The position numbers and the translations under genes were made by a program. A stretch of 64,000 nt of DNA from Octopus bimaculoides (taxonomy: Eukaryota). Of the stretch, positions 62,793-64,000 are shown piece by piece (position 1 is the first letter of the stretch; each line of letters begins with the position of its first letter). Location: NCBI RefSeq assembly GCF_001194135.2, contig NC_068991.1, positions 6,206,248 through 6,270,247 of the forward strand. Direction: 5' to 3'. The notes below the pieces were generated by a model. The model ran no database searches. It was not told where the DNA came from and worked only from the letters and a program-made list of their open reading frames with translations.

Positions 62793-63007
62793 TCCCGTGT
62801 TATCTGTCAAGGAACTTGGTTTTGTACGAGGTGCTCTAGGAACCTTTGTTGGTCTGTTAGCTCCTTCATCATCTGACGTTTCCAATGTTCTCTTCTCAGA
62901 GAAGAAAGGAACATAGCTATCACCTCTGCCCTCATCATTGCTGTCACTGAGGGCACTGCTATCATGACCTGCACCAAGATTAAACTGATCTGCATCGCTT
63001 TCAGAAT
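62793..63007 (-). CDS. CMTR1: CMTR1 N-terminal exon A (paralog of exon B)
   Basis: ccttccag acceptor, DSESDADQ...SDSNDEG...DNTG, GGA|gtaagt; phase 1 to 0. Confidence 0.75.
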
Positions 63008-63633
63008 CTGGAAGGTAAAAGGAAGTCATTTATTCCGTGAATCATACTGTGGATATGAAACCCGTATGTTAAATTTTGTTAGGGAGATTCAATGGATAAG
63101 TGATTAAGAGGTTGTGACATTCATGCCTTTTCCATGGATGTTTTAAGACTTAAAACTGGGTTCTATATGAAAAATAAAATTAGGTTATGGGCTTGATTTT
63201 ATCGACGGCTGAGTTGAGAGAGTTGACAGTTCAACTACGGCAACCGACACTGTATTGTGTTTGTTACCAAGATAGCCAGTTGCCTCAATCCACTTAGTCG
63301 TAAACAGGCAGACCAAGGCAGCTGACCATTAATCATGAGACTTTAAATGATGATGATGATGATATATACACCAGTTAATACATACCACAGTTAAATGATG
63401 ATAACGATAATGAAGTCACTACTTTGTTCCATGTTTCCTTCCATTATTTATAACACTACTCTTTTACTCTTTTACTTGTTTCAGTCATTTGACTGTGGCC
63501 ATGCTGGAGCACCGCCACTTTGCTTCCATGAGGCTCAACACTCGAAAGGAACTCAGCCACCTTACCTCTGTGAGGCCCAACACTCGAAAGGAACTAAGAC
63601 AGGAGGATCTGATTTGAAAGGCCAATTAACCAT

Positions 63634-63948
63634 CCAACAAAGTAATTAGGGGTTTTACAGTGACATCAGCTGTAAGGAGTAAAATAAAAATATACTTATG
63701 ACCCCCAATTGATTAAGATTTTATGAAAATTACTGACTGACCTTTTACTTCTGAATTTAAATCCAATATGCCATGTTTTTTGAATCCTTCATAGGAATCA
63801 GAAGCACTCATTTGACTGTAACTGAGATTTCTGTTTTGTTTTTTCTAAAGAAACAGAAAATTGATTATTTAGAATTTCTCAATTTCCACTGAGGCAAAAA
63901 ATGTGTAAGATAACCCTTAACCCTAACCTATCTTCTAAAATTGTAAAA
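63634..63948. repeat. Intronic duplicate of 61708-62005
   Basis: See the partner copy. Confidence 0.9.
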
Positions 63949-64000
63949 AAAAAAAAATAAAAGATTTATAAATAAAATGAAATATATAGTATAGAATAGA

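Noticed and set aside
63911-63930. Telomere-like taacccttaaccctaaccta
   Set aside because: Only about 3 imperfect units.

Overview
AT-rich, microsatellite- and repeat-dense animal genomic scaffold with six N-gaps. The repeat families suggest an octopus or related cephalopod (inference). No prokaryotic features or CRISPR arrays. Two convergent spliced genes can be assembled by hand with GT-AG sites. MOB2 (+) has 4 confident, phase-consistent coding exons at 20256-38051 and an unresolved first exon. CMTR1, cap methyltransferase 1 (-), has 22 exons from 63007 to the stop at 45425, with G-patch, RrmJ/FtsJ methyltransferase (K-D-K-E tetrad intact), guanylyltransferase-like and WW regions; phases are consistent from exon B onward, and the start lies beyond the window. 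The rest is tRNA-headed SINE families, LINE relics (RTE, CR1, L1/Tx1-like), TTAA MITEs and a Helentron-type element. Highlights: (1) a non-autonomous element joining a Pol III tRNA-like module to a Penelope-type minimal hammerhead ribozyme, with 5 ribozyme copies and two inverted-duplication insertions, one with a 13-bp TSD; (2) a Penelope-like RT relic with no C-terminal GIY-YIG; (3) two homologous, same-phase CMTR1 exons that may be mutually exclusive; (4) a candidate nested antisense spliced gene with a perfect RFX X-box in a MOB2 intron. Repeat boundaries are approximate and family names come from recall, not database searches.
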